A stretch of 64,000 bases of DNA from Bacteroidia bacterium. Its GTDB lineage: Bacteria > Bacteroidota > Bacteroidia > B-17B0 > Aurantibacillaceae. Position numbers and translations under genes: made by a program. Where the stretch lies: positions 1,750,387 through 1,814,386 of the forward strand of contig OZ245863.1 in NCBI GenBank assembly GCA_965229165.1. The letters are read 5' to 3'. Of this stretch, positions 10,650 to 21,034 are shown piece after piece (the first letter of the stretch is position 1; every line of letters starts with the position of its first letter). Below the pieces are notes generated by a model. That model was not told the origin of the DNA. It saw nothing but the letters and a program-made list of their open reading frames with translations, and did no database searches.

Positions 10650-12083
10650 TTGTTATTAAAAAAACTACATACCCTTACTATAAAATCTTTTTTACCGCCA
10701 TTCATTATCACACTTTTTGTTAGTGTATTTTTGTTTTTTTTGGTAGAAGTTGTAATTACTTATTTAGACGATTTAATTGGCAAAGGCTTAAAAACAACCG
10801 ATTTAATTAAACTATTTGTGTATGCGTGGATAGCTATCGTGCCTCAATGTATCCCATTAGCAGTGCTATTGGCTGCCATTATGAGTTTTGGCAATATGGC
10901 CGAAAATTATGAGTTGGCTGCAATGAAATCAAGTGGATTATCGTTATTTAAAATTATTAAACCAGTTTTTGTTTTAATAGTTATTTTAGCTGGACTAACC
11001 TTTTTATTTAATAATTTTATATTGCCAACGGTGCATTTAAAGTCGCAATCGTTGTTGTTTGATATTCGTCAAAAAAAACCATCAGTAAGTATTAAAGAAG
11101 GTATTTTTTATAATAAAATCGAAAACTATTCTATTAGAGTTGGCAAAAAATCAGCCAATAAAGATACCTTAAAAGATATTTATATCTACGACCATAGTTC
11201 TCAAATGGGTAATACGGTACAAATGTATGCGAACACCGGAAAAATTACTACAACGTCCGATACAAGCGCGTTAGTGTTAATTTTGCGAGACGGAAATAGG
11301 TACGCCGAAGAAGTTAATAATGCAAGTTCGTCTACTAAAAAACAGCTCTCACAATTAAACTTTAAGCAATTACAGGTAAATATCGAACTGGTTGATTTTA
11401 AATTAAAGCGAACCGATGAAAATGCGTTTAAAGGACATGAAGAGATGTTAAACATTTGGCAAATAGATTCGGTAGCCGATAGCACAAAACGTAGGTTAAA
11501 TAAACGTATTGTTGAATTAACGCGCCAATCGAGCGATTATTTTTTTACACGAACAAGTACGTTTATAAATGCGAAACAAAATAATGAAGTTCAAAATATA
11601 AATCAGTTTATAGATAGTTTAAAGCCAACTGAATATTACAGAGTTATTGAAAATGCACAAACAAACGCTAGAAGTAATTTGAGTTATATTGACGCGTCAA
11701 TTTCTAATATTGAAAGAGATGAAATGGAAATAAATCAGTTTTTAGTTGAATGGCATAAAAAAATTGTGGTGTGTTTTGCCTGTATTATTTTATTTTTTGT
11801 TGGCGCTCCTTTGGGTGCTATTATTAAAAAAGGTGGCTTGGGTTTACCTGTAGTAGTAGCAGTACTTTTCTTTTTAGCCTATTTTATTTTAACCGAAGCA
11901 TTTACGTCTTTGGCTTACGAAGGCACAATGCCTGTTTGGCAGGCTATGTGGGCACCCCTCTTAATTTTTTTACCAATTAGCATATTTTTAACATACAAAG
12001 CTGCAAAAGATAGTGCTATTTTTGATGTTACAATTTATTACACGTGGTTTACAAAATTGTTTAAAAATAAAAAAATTGCTTAA
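10650..12083 (+). CDS. LptF/LptG family LPS export permease
   Basis: PLAVLLAAIMSFGNMAENYELAAMKSSGLS; FFVGAPLGAIIKKGGLG. Confidence 0.93.
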   Translation: MLLKKLHTLTIKSFLPPFIITLFVSVFLFFLVEVVITYLDDLIGKGLKTTDLIKLFVYAWIAIVPQCIPLAVLLAAIMSFGNMAENYELAAMKSSGLSLFKIIKPVFVLIVILAGLTFLFNNFILPTVHLKSQSLLFDIRQKKPSVSIKEGIFYNKIENYSIRVGKKSANKDTLKDIYIYDHSSQMGNTVQMYANTGKITTTSDTSALVLILRDGNRYAEEVNNASSSTKKQLSQLNFKQLQVNIELVDFKLKRTDENAFKGHEEMLNIWQIDSVADSTKRRLNKRIVELTRQSSDYFFTRTSTFINAKQNNEVQNINQFIDSLKPTEYYRVIENAQTNARSNLSYIDASISNIERDEMEINQFLVEWHKKIVVCFACIILFFVGAPLGAIIKKGGLGLPVVVAVLFFLAYFILTEAFTSLAYEGTMPVWQAMWAPLLIFLPISIFLTYKAAKDSAIFDVTIYYTWFTKLFKNKKIA

Positions 12084-13284
12084 ACTTTTACAATTATCTA
12101 ACAAAGCACCTTTCCCTGCCACTGATGGCAGTAGTATAGCTATTTATAATATGGCACGTGGTTTTATAGAAAATAATGTTGAATTGCATTTAATTACTAT
12201 TAACACTAAAAAACATTTTAAAGCCGATTCGGATGTCCCCGCGGATTTTAAAATTAAAAGCAATTACATGTCTGTTTACAAAGATACAGATACCACCGCG
12301 GTTGGAGCAGTTTTAAATTTGTTTTCAAAGCAATCGTATTTTGTAAGTCGCTTTTATTTTATCGATTTTGAAACTAAATTAATTAAACTATTGCAACAAA
12401 CTAATTTTGATATTATACAGTTAGAAGGTTTATTTATGGCAGTTTATATCGATACGATAAAAAAATATAGTAAAGCCAAACTAATTTTGCGAGCGCATAA
12501 TATTGAGCATTTAATTTGGGAGCGTCATTTAAAAAACGAAAACAACCCCCTAAAAAAATGGTACATAAAGTTGCAAACTAAGCGTTTAAAACAATTTGAA
12601 ATAAAAACGTTAAGTAGGGTAGACGCAATAATTTCAATTACAAATTACGATAAAACGGAATTCGAAAAATTAAATACTAAAACTCCTGTTTTTACTTGCA
12701 TTACAGGTGTTAATGTAAGTGAATACCAACAAAAAATAAGCGAGGTTATTAAACCATTTACAGTGTTTTATTTCGCTTCAATGGATTGGATGCCTAACCA
12801 AGAAGCAGTTAAATGGTTTTTGGATAACTGTTGGGATGAAATACACAAGGCCATACCGGAGGCTAAATTTATTATTGCCGGCCGCGGAATGCCGCACAAT
12901 TTAAAACAATTAAATAAACCTAATGTAGATGTTATTGAAAATGTAACCAATGGTAAATTATTTTATCAGCAACATCAGTTAATGGTTGTACCTTTGCTTA
13001 GTGGTAGTGGATTACGGATAAAAATAATTGAAGGGATGAGTTATGGTAAAGCAATTGTTAGCACATCAGTTGGTGCGGAAGGGATAAATTATACAAATAA
13101 TTTAAATATTGTTATTGCAAATGAGGCAAATGAATTTTCGCAAAAAGTAATAGAATTATTAAATGATAAAGCAAAGCAAATCAGTTTGCAAAAAAATGCA
13201 ACAGAATTAGCATATCAACAGTTTGATAATTCAAAAGTAGTAGCAGCATTAGTTAGTTTTTATAAAAAATTATTAAATGAATAA
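12076..13284 (+). CDS. Glycosyltransferase family 4
   Basis: Likely TTG start at 12076; PFPATDG, AHNIE, GSGLRIKIIEGMSYGKAIVSTSVGAEG. Confidence 0.9.
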   Translation: MLKLLQLSNKAPFPATDGSSIAIYNMARGFIENNVELHLITINTKKHFKADSDVPADFKIKSNYMSVYKDTDTTAVGAVLNLFSKQSYFVSRFYFIDFETKLIKLLQQTNFDIIQLEGLFMAVYIDTIKKYSKAKLILRAHNIEHLIWERHLKNENNPLKKWYIKLQTKRLKQFEIKTLSRVDAIISITNYDKTEFEKLNTKTPVFTCITGVNVSEYQQKISEVIKPFTVFYFASMDWMPNQEAVKWFLDNCWDEIHKAIPEAKFIIAGRGMPHNLKQLNKPNVDVIENVTNGKLFYQQHQLMVVPLLSGSGLRIKIIEGMSYGKAIVSTSVGAEGINYTNNLNIVIANEANEFSQKVIELLNDKAKQISLQKNATELAYQQFDNSKVVAALVSFYKKLLNE

Positions 13285-14443
13285 TTTGTTTTTAATACTC
13301 TTCTTTTTTTCTGTTCTGTTAATTTTACATACGTACCTATTTTATCCTTTGTTTGTAATTTTAGTTTTTAAAAAGCAAAAAAAACAAATTAATGTTTATG
13401 TAAAAAGCGACGAGTTACCTTCAGTTACCCTTTTAATTGCAGCTTATAACGAAGAAGTAATAATTGAACAGAAACTGCAGTCGGTTATCACCACAAATTA
13501 TCCTTTACATAAAATACATATTGTAGTGGGTTCCGATGCAAGCACAGATGCAACAAACCAACTGGTTTTAAATTTTAAAAACAACTTTAATAACATTGAG
13601 TTAGTACATTTTAAAGGACGCACCGGGAAAATAAATATCATAAATCATTTACAAACACTTGTAAAAACAGAAGTTTTTATTTTAAGCGATGCAAACGTAT
13701 TATTTACACCAAATACTTTATTTGAATTAATAAAACAATTTAAAGATACGAATGTTGGTTTAGTTGCAGCTAATATTATAAAACAGTCGCCTGTAACAAA
13801 AGGTATTATTGCACAAGAAATAAGCTATTTAAATATCGAAAATAAAATAAAATTAGCCGAAAGTAATGCTTGGCAAGCCATAATGGGTGCAGAAGGGGGA
13901 TGCTTTGCTATTTGCTCTAATGTTTTTAAACCAGTACCCGCTAATTTTATTGTAGATGATTTCTTTTTAACACTTAAAGTTATACAACAAAATAAATACG
14001 CGTTATTTAATCAAAATGCAATATGTTATGAAGATGTGTTAGACGATAAACAGGCCGAATTTAGACGTAAAGTGCGTATTAGTGCAGGTAATTTTCAAAA
14101 TCTGAATTATTTTAAAACTATGTTATTCCCTTTTTGGAAAGGTAGAGACTTTGCTTTTTTGTCGCATAAAGTTTTGCGTTGGCTAACACCCTTTTTTTTA
14201 ATTATTAGTTTAGTTTCTTCGTTTCTTCTTTCATTACATTCAATCTTATTTTTGTGTCTGTTTTTTTGTCAGTTACTTGGTGTGTGTTTGCCTTTTGCCG
14301 ATAAAGTTATTTCTATAAAATTTAAACCAATAAATTTTGTTAGTCATTTTTATTTAATGAATTTTGCATTGTTAAAAGGCTTTATTAATTATACCAAGGG
14401 TATAAAATCTAACGTTTGGCAACCCGTTAAGCGCAATGTTTAA
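13277..14443 (+). CDS. Glycosyltransferase family 2 (membrane)
   Basis: IAAYNEE, SDASTD, SDAN, QxxRW-like RRKVRI, HKVLRW. Confidence 0.9.
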   Translation: MNNLFLILFFFSVLLILHTYLFYPLFVILVFKKQKKQINVYVKSDELPSVTLLIAAYNEEVIIEQKLQSVITTNYPLHKIHIVVGSDASTDATNQLVLNFKNNFNNIELVHFKGRTGKINIINHLQTLVKTEVFILSDANVLFTPNTLFELIKQFKDTNVGLVAANIIKQSPVTKGIIAQEISYLNIENKIKLAESNAWQAIMGAEGGCFAICSNVFKPVPANFIVDDFFLTLKVIQQNKYALFNQNAICYEDVLDDKQAEFRRKVRISAGNFQNLNYFKTMLFPFWKGRDFAFLSHKVLRWLTPFFLIISLVSSFLLSLHSILFLCLFFCQLLGVCLPFADKVISIKFKPINFVSHFYLMNFALLKGFINYTKGIKSNVWQPVKRNV

Positions 14444-14462
14444 AATTATAACACATTAAAAT

Positions 14463-15746
14463 ATGAACATATCAAACTCTGAAAAATTATTTACTGACGC
14501 AAAAAATTATTTCCCAGGTGGTGTAAACTCTCCAGTTCGGGCTTTTAAAAGTGTGGGTGGTACACCTATTTTTATTAAAAAAGGTAAAGGCTCTCATATT
14601 TGGGATGCTGATGACAATGAGTACATTGATTACTGTTGCAGTTGGGGGCCATTAATTTTAGGGCATGCTAACGATGCTGTTTTAAACGCGGTTAACGAAA
14701 CCATGCAAAACGGCACTAGTTTTGGTGCACCTACTGAATTGGAAAATAATTTAGCAAACTTAATTTTAACGTTTAATAATTATATCGAAAAAATTAGATT
14801 TGTAAGTAGTGGCACCGAGGCCGTAATGAGTGCCATTCGATTGGCACGCGGATATACCAAGCGAAACAAGATTTTAAAATTCGAGGGCTGTTATCATGGC
14901 CATGTAGATTCGTTATTGGTAAAAGCGGGTAGTGGGCTTATTACATTTGGTAATAGTAGCAGTGCCGGTGTGCCAGATAGTTTTGTAAACGAAACGATTA
15001 CCGTTCCGTTAAATAATAAACAAGCGGTAACGGAGGCATTTAATACCTATAAAAATGAAATTGCGTGTGTAATTATTGAGCCAGTTCCTGCTAACAATGG
15101 TTTATTAATTCAAGGAAAAGAATTTTTACAATTTTTAAGAGAAATTTGTACTGAAAATAATACATTACTATTATTCGACGAAGTAATTAGTGGATTTAGA
15201 ATGGGTTTTTGCGGTGCCGCAGGCATGTATTCCGTAAAGCCAGATATTATAACTTATGGAAAAATAATTGGGGGAGGCTTTCCCGTTGGTGCTTATGGAG
15301 CAAGCAAGGAAATTATGAGTTGTGTTTCGCCTGAAGGAGCCGTTTATCAAGCAGGCACTTTAAGTGGTAATCCAGTGGCAATGAGTGCAGGCATTGCACA
15401 ATTAACCCAGTGTTTACAGCCAAATTTTTATAATGATTTAGAAGCAAAGACAATGTATTTAGTAAACGGGATTATGGAGAATAATCCTTTCCCACTATTT
15501 AAAATATTTAATTTAGGATCTATTTTTTGGATTGCGTTTACTCAAAAAGAATTGATAAATAATGCCGAAGAAATTGATAGCGATAGTATGAAGTACTTTA
15601 AAATTTTGTATCACCAATTATTAAAACAAGGTATTTATTTAGGGCCAAGTGGCTATGAGGTAGGTTTTGTGAGCCAAGCACATACCTATCAAGATTTAGA
15701 TACAACTATTTTGGCGTTTAAAAATGCTTTAGCTTTATTAAAATAA
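14463..15746 (+). CDS. hemL: Glutamate-1-semialdehyde 2,1-aminomutase
   Basis: PGGVNSPVRAF, FVSSGTEA, GCYHGH, FDEVISGFR, YQAGTLSGNP. Confidence 0.97.
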   Translation: MNISNSEKLFTDAKNYFPGGVNSPVRAFKSVGGTPIFIKKGKGSHIWDADDNEYIDYCCSWGPLILGHANDAVLNAVNETMQNGTSFGAPTELENNLANLILTFNNYIEKIRFVSSGTEAVMSAIRLARGYTKRNKILKFEGCYHGHVDSLLVKAGSGLITFGNSSSAGVPDSFVNETITVPLNNKQAVTEAFNTYKNEIACVIIEPVPANNGLLIQGKEFLQFLREICTENNTLLLFDEVISGFRMGFCGAAGMYSVKPDIITYGKIIGGGFPVGAYGASKEIMSCVSPEGAVYQAGTLSGNPVAMSAGIAQLTQCLQPNFYNDLEAKTMYLVNGIMENNPFPLFKIFNLGSIFWIAFTQKELINNAEEIDSDSMKYFKILYHQLLKQGIYLGPSGYEVGFVSQAHTYQDLDTTILAFKNALALLK

Positions 15747-15750
15747 AATT

Positions 15751-16326
15751 ATGCAAATAGGTTTATTTTTTGGTTCCTTCAATCCCATACACGTGGGACA
15801 TTTAGTGTTAGCTAATTATATGTTAAGTTATACACCATTACAAGAAGTATGGTTAGTGGTTAGCCCGCAAAATCCATTAAAAAATAAAGCAGGCTTATTA
15901 AATCAAAGCGATAGGTTGCATTTGGTTAACTTAGCTTTAGATCAGCATTCAAAAATTAAATCGAGTAATATTGAGTTTAAATTAACACAACCGTCTTATA
16001 CCATAAATACGTTAGCTCATTTAAAAGAAAAATATCCTAAGCACATATTTAGCTTAATTATGGGACAAGACAATCTGCAAAGTTTTGCTAAATGGAAAAA
16101 TTATGAAGAGATTTTAAAAAATTATAACATTTACGTTTATCCTCGTCCTAATTGTTCACAAAGCCCTTTCGACAGTCATAAAAATGTTCATATTACTGAG
16201 GCGCCTGTCATGGATATTTCTTCAACATTTATTAGAAATGCTATTAACGAGAAAAAAGACGTGCGTTTTTTTATGCATCCGAATGTTTGGAATTACATTG
16301 ATGAGATGAATTTTTATAGAAAGTAA
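15751..16326 (+). CDS. nadD: Nicotinate-nucleotide adenylyltransferase
   Basis: FGSFNPIHVGH, SYTINTL, IMGQDN, ISSTFIR. Confidence 0.96.
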   Translation: MQIGLFFGSFNPIHVGHLVLANYMLSYTPLQEVWLVVSPQNPLKNKAGLLNQSDRLHLVNLALDQHSKIKSSNIEFKLTQPSYTINTLAHLKEKYPKHIFSLIMGQDNLQSFAKWKNYEEILKNYNIYVYPRPNCSQSPFDSHKNVHITEAPVMDISSTFIRNAINEKKDVRFFMHPNVWNYIDEMNFYRK

Positions 16327-17321
16327 TGTTGGTTTATAATCCCATTATTCAAAAACTTAATACGCCATTTGATTATGAATTAGATGTGTTGCGCTTAGAT
16401 ATGCTTCACGAAAGTATTAGTGGTAACAAATGGTTTAAATTAAAATATAATTTACAAAAAGCACAGCAACAAAATATAAATACAATTGTAACTTTTGGCG
16501 GTGCATACAGCAATCATATTGCTGCAGCAGCTAATGCTTGCAAATTTTTTAAGCTAAAATCTGTTGGAATAATAAGAGGCGAAGAAATAACATTAAACCC
16601 AACACTTATTCAAGCAAAAGAAAACGGAATGATATTAGAATTTGTTTCGAGAGAAACGTATTCTAAAAAAAACGATAAAGAATTTAAAAATTATCTTCAA
16701 ACTAAATATGGCAACCATTATTTAATCCCCGAAGGAGGAAATAATTTAGAAGGTGTTTTGGGTTGTACTGAAATTATAAAATCCGAATGGGACTACGACT
16801 ATGTTCTCTGTGCATGCGGCACAGCAACTACATATGCTGGTATTGTGTCAACTATAAATAGCAACTCAAAAGTTTTAGGCATTAGTGTATTAAAAGGCGA
16901 AAATAAATTGCCGAATGACGTGGAATTAATTCTCAAAAAATTAACACACCATGTCGACGAAGGAAGCGATCTCTCGCCCTCAAACGATTGCTTTGTCACT
17001 GAAATAGCTCATCGTACTGATGTAAAGATTAACGGTAACGAAGAATTTGAGACTGAAATTATTTCTGAAAACTGCATTACGTCAAACTATAGTTTTAACG
17101 GCTATGCCAATTATTACCAACCTTTAATTGATTTTAAAAATAATTTTGAGACGCAATACAATATTCCCTTAGATTATGTTTATACCAATAAACTGTTTTT
17201 TGCTGCATTTAATTTAATGCTAAAACAAAAATTAAAAAAAAACGCAAACGTTTTAGTCATCCACAGTGGGGGTTTACAAGGTAATAGGGGCTTTGAAGAA
17301 AGATTTATTAAAAAACCCTAA
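16326..17321 (+). CDS. PLP-dependent ACC deaminase/D-cysteine desulfhydrase family protein with an in-frame palindromic insertion
   Basis: ISGNKWFKL, TFGGAYSNH, PEGG, CGTATT, LDYVYT, IHSGGLQG. Confidence 0.9.
   Translation: MLVYNPIIQKLNTPFDYELDVLRLDMLHESISGNKWFKLKYNLQKAQQQNINTIVTFGGAYSNHIAAAANACKFFKLKSVGIIRGEEITLNPTLIQAKENGMILEFVSRETYSKKNDKEFKNYLQTKYGNHYLIPEGGNNLEGVLGCTEIIKSEWDYDYVLCACGTATTYAGIVSTINSNSKVLGISVLKGENKLPNDVELILKKLTHHVDEGSDLSPSNDCFVTEIAHRTDVKINGNEEFETEIISENCITSNYSFNGYANYYQPLIDFKNNFETQYNIPLDYVYTNKLFFAAFNLMLKQKLKKNANVLVIHSGGLQGNRGFEERFIKKP
16950..17022. repeat. Degenerate REP/RPE-like palindromic element inside the coding sequence
   Basis: GC-rich CATGTCGACGAAGGAAGCGATC...GATTGCTTTGTC...CATCGTACTGATG in an AT-rich gene; same layout as the element at 26450. 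Confidence 0.65.
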
Positions 17322-17388
17322 TCCATTATTTAGCAGGCCTTGATAAGAACTATTAAAAAAATAAATGCAGATCAGCTTTCGATTTTTT

Positions 17389-18732
17389 TTATAAACTCTT
17401 TAGTATTTCAGTTTCAATTTCATCACTATCCCATGTATTTTCTATATTGGGTAAAGCCATAATTTTATCCATAATGGCTTGCTGTTTTTGGCCTTCGTTT
17501 AAGGCAGTGCTATAACGAATGTGTGGACTGTAGGTAACCATGCTGTATAAAGGAATCCATTTATCAGGATACTTAGAAGAGAATTTTGCTTCTATTTTTT
17601 TCTGTAGTAAAAATTTAGGGTCTGCGGTTTTATCCCGCATTTCAACAAAATTAGCAATGGCTAAATCGGCAATGGCATCTCCATCAGGTTTACGTAATGC
17701 TTGATATTCCTGCATAATTTCATCCCAATTTTCATTATGTTTATCAATTAATTCGTTAAGCACCACGCAGTCTTCAAAGCCGCAATTCATACCTTGTCCG
17801 TAAAATGGCACAATGGCGTGGGCAGCATCGCCAATCAATCCAATTTTGTTATCAAACGTCCAAGGAAAACATTTTACAGTTACTAATGAGGAAAGAGGAT
17901 TCGTTAAAAAATCATCCACCAAGGTAGGCATTAATGGCACTGCATCGGCAAATTCTTCATTAAAAAATGCAACTATCTGTTCTTTTGTTTTTAATTTTTC
18001 AAACGATTTTTCGCCGGTAAATGGCATAAATAACGTGCAGGTGAAATTACCATCTGGGTTCGGTAGTGCAATCATCATAAAACTGCCGCGAGGCCATATA
18101 TGTAGTGCATTTTTGTCCATTAAAAACTTAGCGTTTTCGCCCGGAGGAATAATTAATTCTTTATAACCACAATCAATATAATGCTGGTTGTATTCAAATC
18201 TGTCGCTGTTTAATTGCATATTTAAGCGACTAGAAGCAAAAGCGCCATCAGCGCCAAATATTAAATCTGATTTTACAGAAGTAGTTTGGTGTGTGTTATT
18301 GTCTTCGAAGGTTGATTCTAAACGGATACGATTTACATTGATACATTTTTTATCGAAATGAATAGTAACATCGGCTTGCTTTTCTGCCAAATCCATTAAT
18401 TTCATATTAATATCTGCACGGCTCACCGAGTAAATTGCTTGATTATCCTTTCCATATGGCTGAATGACAGTGGACCCATCTTTGTTATGAATGTAACGCC
18501 CATACATGGGGATAGCAATTTTTTTAATTTCATCAGCAATACCGACGCCTTCAAGGCCTCTCCAGCCACGGTCGCTAAGGGCAAGATTAATAGAACGACC
18601 AGCACTCATCGTTATCTTACGCATATCTGCTCGGCGTTCGAACACATTAATTTTATAGCCTTTTTTGGCTAGGTATATCGAAAGTAAAGAGCCTACTAAA
18701 CCAGCTCCTACTATGGTTACTTGTTTTGTCAT
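17389..18732 (-). CDS. kmo: Kynurenine 3-monooxygenase
   Basis: GAGLVG, GRSINLALS.RG, ALHIWPR, GDAAHAIVPFYGQGMNCGFED. Confidence 0.95.
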   Translation of the reverse strand: MTKQVTIVGAGLVGSLLSIYLAKKGYKINVFERRADMRKITMSAGRSINLALSDRGWRGLEGVGIADEIKKIAIPMYGRYIHNKDGSTVIQPYGKDNQAIYSVSRADINMKLMDLAEKQADVTIHFDKKCINVNRIRLESTFEDNNTHQTTSVKSDLIFGADGAFASSRLNMQLNSDRFEYNQHYIDCGYKELIIPPGENAKFLMDKNALHIWPRGSFMMIALPNPDGNFTCTLFMPFTGEKSFEKLKTKEQIVAFFNEEFADAVPLMPTLVDDFLTNPLSSLVTVKCFPWTFDNKIGLIGDAAHAIVPFYGQGMNCGFEDCVVLNELIDKHNENWDEIMQEYQALRKPDGDAIADLAIANFVEMRDKTADPKFLLQKKIEAKFSSKYPDKWIPLYSMVTYSPHIRYSTALNEGQKQQAIMDKIMALPNIENTWDSDEIETEILKSL

Positions 18733-18789
18733 AGCACAAATTTAACATGCAATAGCTTAGCAAGCAAAATTGTTTTTAACTTTGTTTAG

Positions 18790-20106
18790 GTGTTAGAACA
18801 GTTTTTAAAACATATTTCAAATAATTCGTTATTTAGCAAGGAACATAAACTAGTGTTGGCTATTAGTGGCGGAGTAGATTCTGTTGTGTTAGGACATTTA
18901 TTACAACAAGGCGGATTTAATTTTGAATTAGCGCATTGTAATTTTAATTTAAGAGGTAAAGACAGTAATGCTGATGAAAAATTTTGTGTTGAGTTAGCGA
19001 AAAGATTAAATGTAAAAATTTATGTTGAAAAATTTGATGTGAAAAATTACTGTGAGTTAAATAAAGTAAGTACACAAATGGCCGCACGTGAGTTGCGGTA
19101 TAATTGGTTTGAAAAATTACTTAAAGAAAAAAAAATTGACTATTTACTTACTGCTCATCACGCCAACGATACTGTTGAAACCGTTTTAATAAATATGTTA
19201 AGGGGTACCGGTATTAAAGGATTGACAGGTATTCCTGAAAAAAGTGGAAAAACAATACGGCCATTATTAATTTTTAGACGTGAAGAAATTGACACTTACA
19301 GTAAACACAATAAACTAAAATTTAGAGTAGATAAAAGTAATTTAGATGACAAATACGATCGTAATTTTTTACGTTTAAACATTATTCCAAAACTAAAAAA
19401 ACTACATCCAAACCTTGAAAACACGTTTACTGAAAATACAAAAATTTTTAAGCAAGAAGCAGAAATCATAAACGATTTTTTAACTCAAAAACAAAACGAA
19501 TTAGTTGTTAAAAAAAGTAATTTAGTTTATATTGATAAACAAAAACTAAAAAATGAGAAACATATTTCTACCATTTTGCATTTTATTCTAAACCCTCTTG
19601 GATACAAGGCTTCGCAGGTAGAAGACATAAAAATAAATTGTTTAGCGAATGGCTTAGTTGGTAAAAATTTTAAATCAAAAACGCATCAATTAACCATTGA
19701 TAGAAATTCACTAATCATTAAAGAAAATAACGAGACAAATAGTACAGAAATTAAGATAAATTCAATTACAGAGCTTAACAACTATTTTAAGCTTAGAGAA
19801 TTAAAAAAATTTAAAATTCCACAACAAAGTCAATTAATTATTGAGCCTAAGCAATTTATATTCCCCCTTACCATTCGCGCGAAAAAAACAGGCGATACCT
19901 TTAAACCATTTGGTATGAATGGCTTTAAATTGGTGAGCGATTTTTTAAAAGACCAAAAATTAAACACATTTGAAAAGGAGAGTGTTCGACTTTTAATTAA
20001 TGGTAATAATCAAATTATATGGGTAATAGGTTACAGAAGCGATGAGCGTTTTAAGGTAAAACCATTATCAGAAAAATTTTTAAAATTAACAGAGTTTGAT
20101 AGATAG
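18790..20106 (+). CDS. tilS: tRNA(Ile)-lysidine synthetase
   Basis: SGGVDS, AARELRY, TAHHAND, IRPLL, YDRNFLR. Confidence 0.96.
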   Translation: MLEQFLKHISNNSLFSKEHKLVLAISGGVDSVVLGHLLQQGGFNFELAHCNFNLRGKDSNADEKFCVELAKRLNVKIYVEKFDVKNYCELNKVSTQMAARELRYNWFEKLLKEKKIDYLLTAHHANDTVETVLINMLRGTGIKGLTGIPEKSGKTIRPLLIFRREEIDTYSKHNKLKFRVDKSNLDDKYDRNFLRLNIIPKLKKLHPNLENTFTENTKIFKQEAEIINDFLTQKQNELVVKKSNLVYIDKQKLKNEKHISTILHFILNPLGYKASQVEDIKINCLANGLVGKNFKSKTHQLTIDRNSLIIKENNETNSTEIKINSITELNNYFKLRELKKFKIPQQSQLIIEPKQFIFPLTIRAKKTGDTFKPFGMNGFKLVSDFLKDQKLNTFEKESVRLLINGNNQIIWVIGYRSDERFKVKPLSEKFLKLTEFDR

Positions 20107-20644
20107 TGAACCGATATTTGATGAAAAACAATACCTAGGGCACAATCGTTTAAGCATAGTTATTCGATCTGGGCTAACGTTATTTTGTTTTATTGGGTAT
20201 TATTGGAGCGAAAATCCACGACCTGTAGATTTAACGTTCTTTAAAATTGGATCCTATCCTATACAGAACTTTAGCGATTCGGGTTTAATATTTTTTATTT
20301 TAGGTATTAGCATTATTGTGTTTTCAACGGCATTGACGTATGTTTTACACATTCATACAAAGGTTTATAAAGGTCATATTATTTTAGATGGCTTTTGGAC
20401 AGCCCGAAAAGTGAAAATTGATTTAAAAAATATAACCTCCATTAGAAAAAGTAAGTATAAAAAAATAAATTTTAAACGTGGTGTTTATAATTTACACAAT
20501 AAAGGCATTATTAAGTTTTACACAAGTGGGAGTGATTTTATAGAATTAGCTGATAATAGTGGTTTTGTGTATAGAATCGGAACTAAAAAGGTTAGAGAAT
20601 TATACGCGTTGTTGAAGCAAGAATTAAAACTTATAAACAATTAA
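20096..20644 (+). CDS. Hypothetical membrane protein
   Basis: Two TM segments followed by a PH-like region; co-transcribed with tilS. Confidence 0.6.
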   Translation: MIDSEPIFDEKQYLGHNRLSIVIRSGLTLFCFIGYYWSENPRPVDLTFFKIGSYPIQNFSDSGLIFFILGISIIVFSTALTYVLHIHTKVYKGHIILDGFWTARKVKIDLKNITSIRKSKYKKINFKRGVYNLHNKGIIKFYTSGSDFIELADNSGFVYRIGTKKVRELYALLKQELKLINN

Positions 20645-20746
20645 TGTATTTGTTTAGAACTATTATGGTAAAAATGTAACCTTTTTTTTGAAGGATCGTT
20701 TACATTAATAGAAATAAATAAGTATTTTTAATCTAAAAAATTAGTC

Positions 20747-21034
20747 ATGGTATTAACAAATTTTGAACCGATAGAAAAGGAAAAAATTGAAAATTTAAAA
20801 TTTCCTTCAACAGATGTATTAAGCGATTCTGAAAAAATAAAAGAGCGAAAAGCTGAGTTAGACAGAGCCCTATCTTTAGGCAATTTAGAGCATACTAAAA
20901 TTAGAATATTTTTTGAAGACGATTCGTCGTGCAAAGTAGTTGATACAACGGTTTGGGGAGTAACTGATAAGCGTGTTATTTTAAAACAAGGCGTTGTAAT
21001 TCCTATACATAGAGTGCATTCGTTAAAACTATAA
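20747..21034 (+). CDS. Conserved hypothetical protein
   Basis: LDRALSLGNLEH.K..I.FED...VDTTVWGVT, recognisable as a conserved Bacteroidota small protein. Confidence 0.7.
   Translation: MVLTNFEPIEKEKIENLKFPSTDVLSDSEKIKERKAELDRALSLGNLEHTKIRIFFEDDSSCKVVDTTVWGVTDKRVILKQGVVIPIHRVHSLKL

Noticed and set aside
15751-18732. nadD and kmo as an NAD-biosynthesis cluster
   Set aside because: They are convergent, separated by an unrelated gene, and no other kynurenine-pathway genes are nearby.
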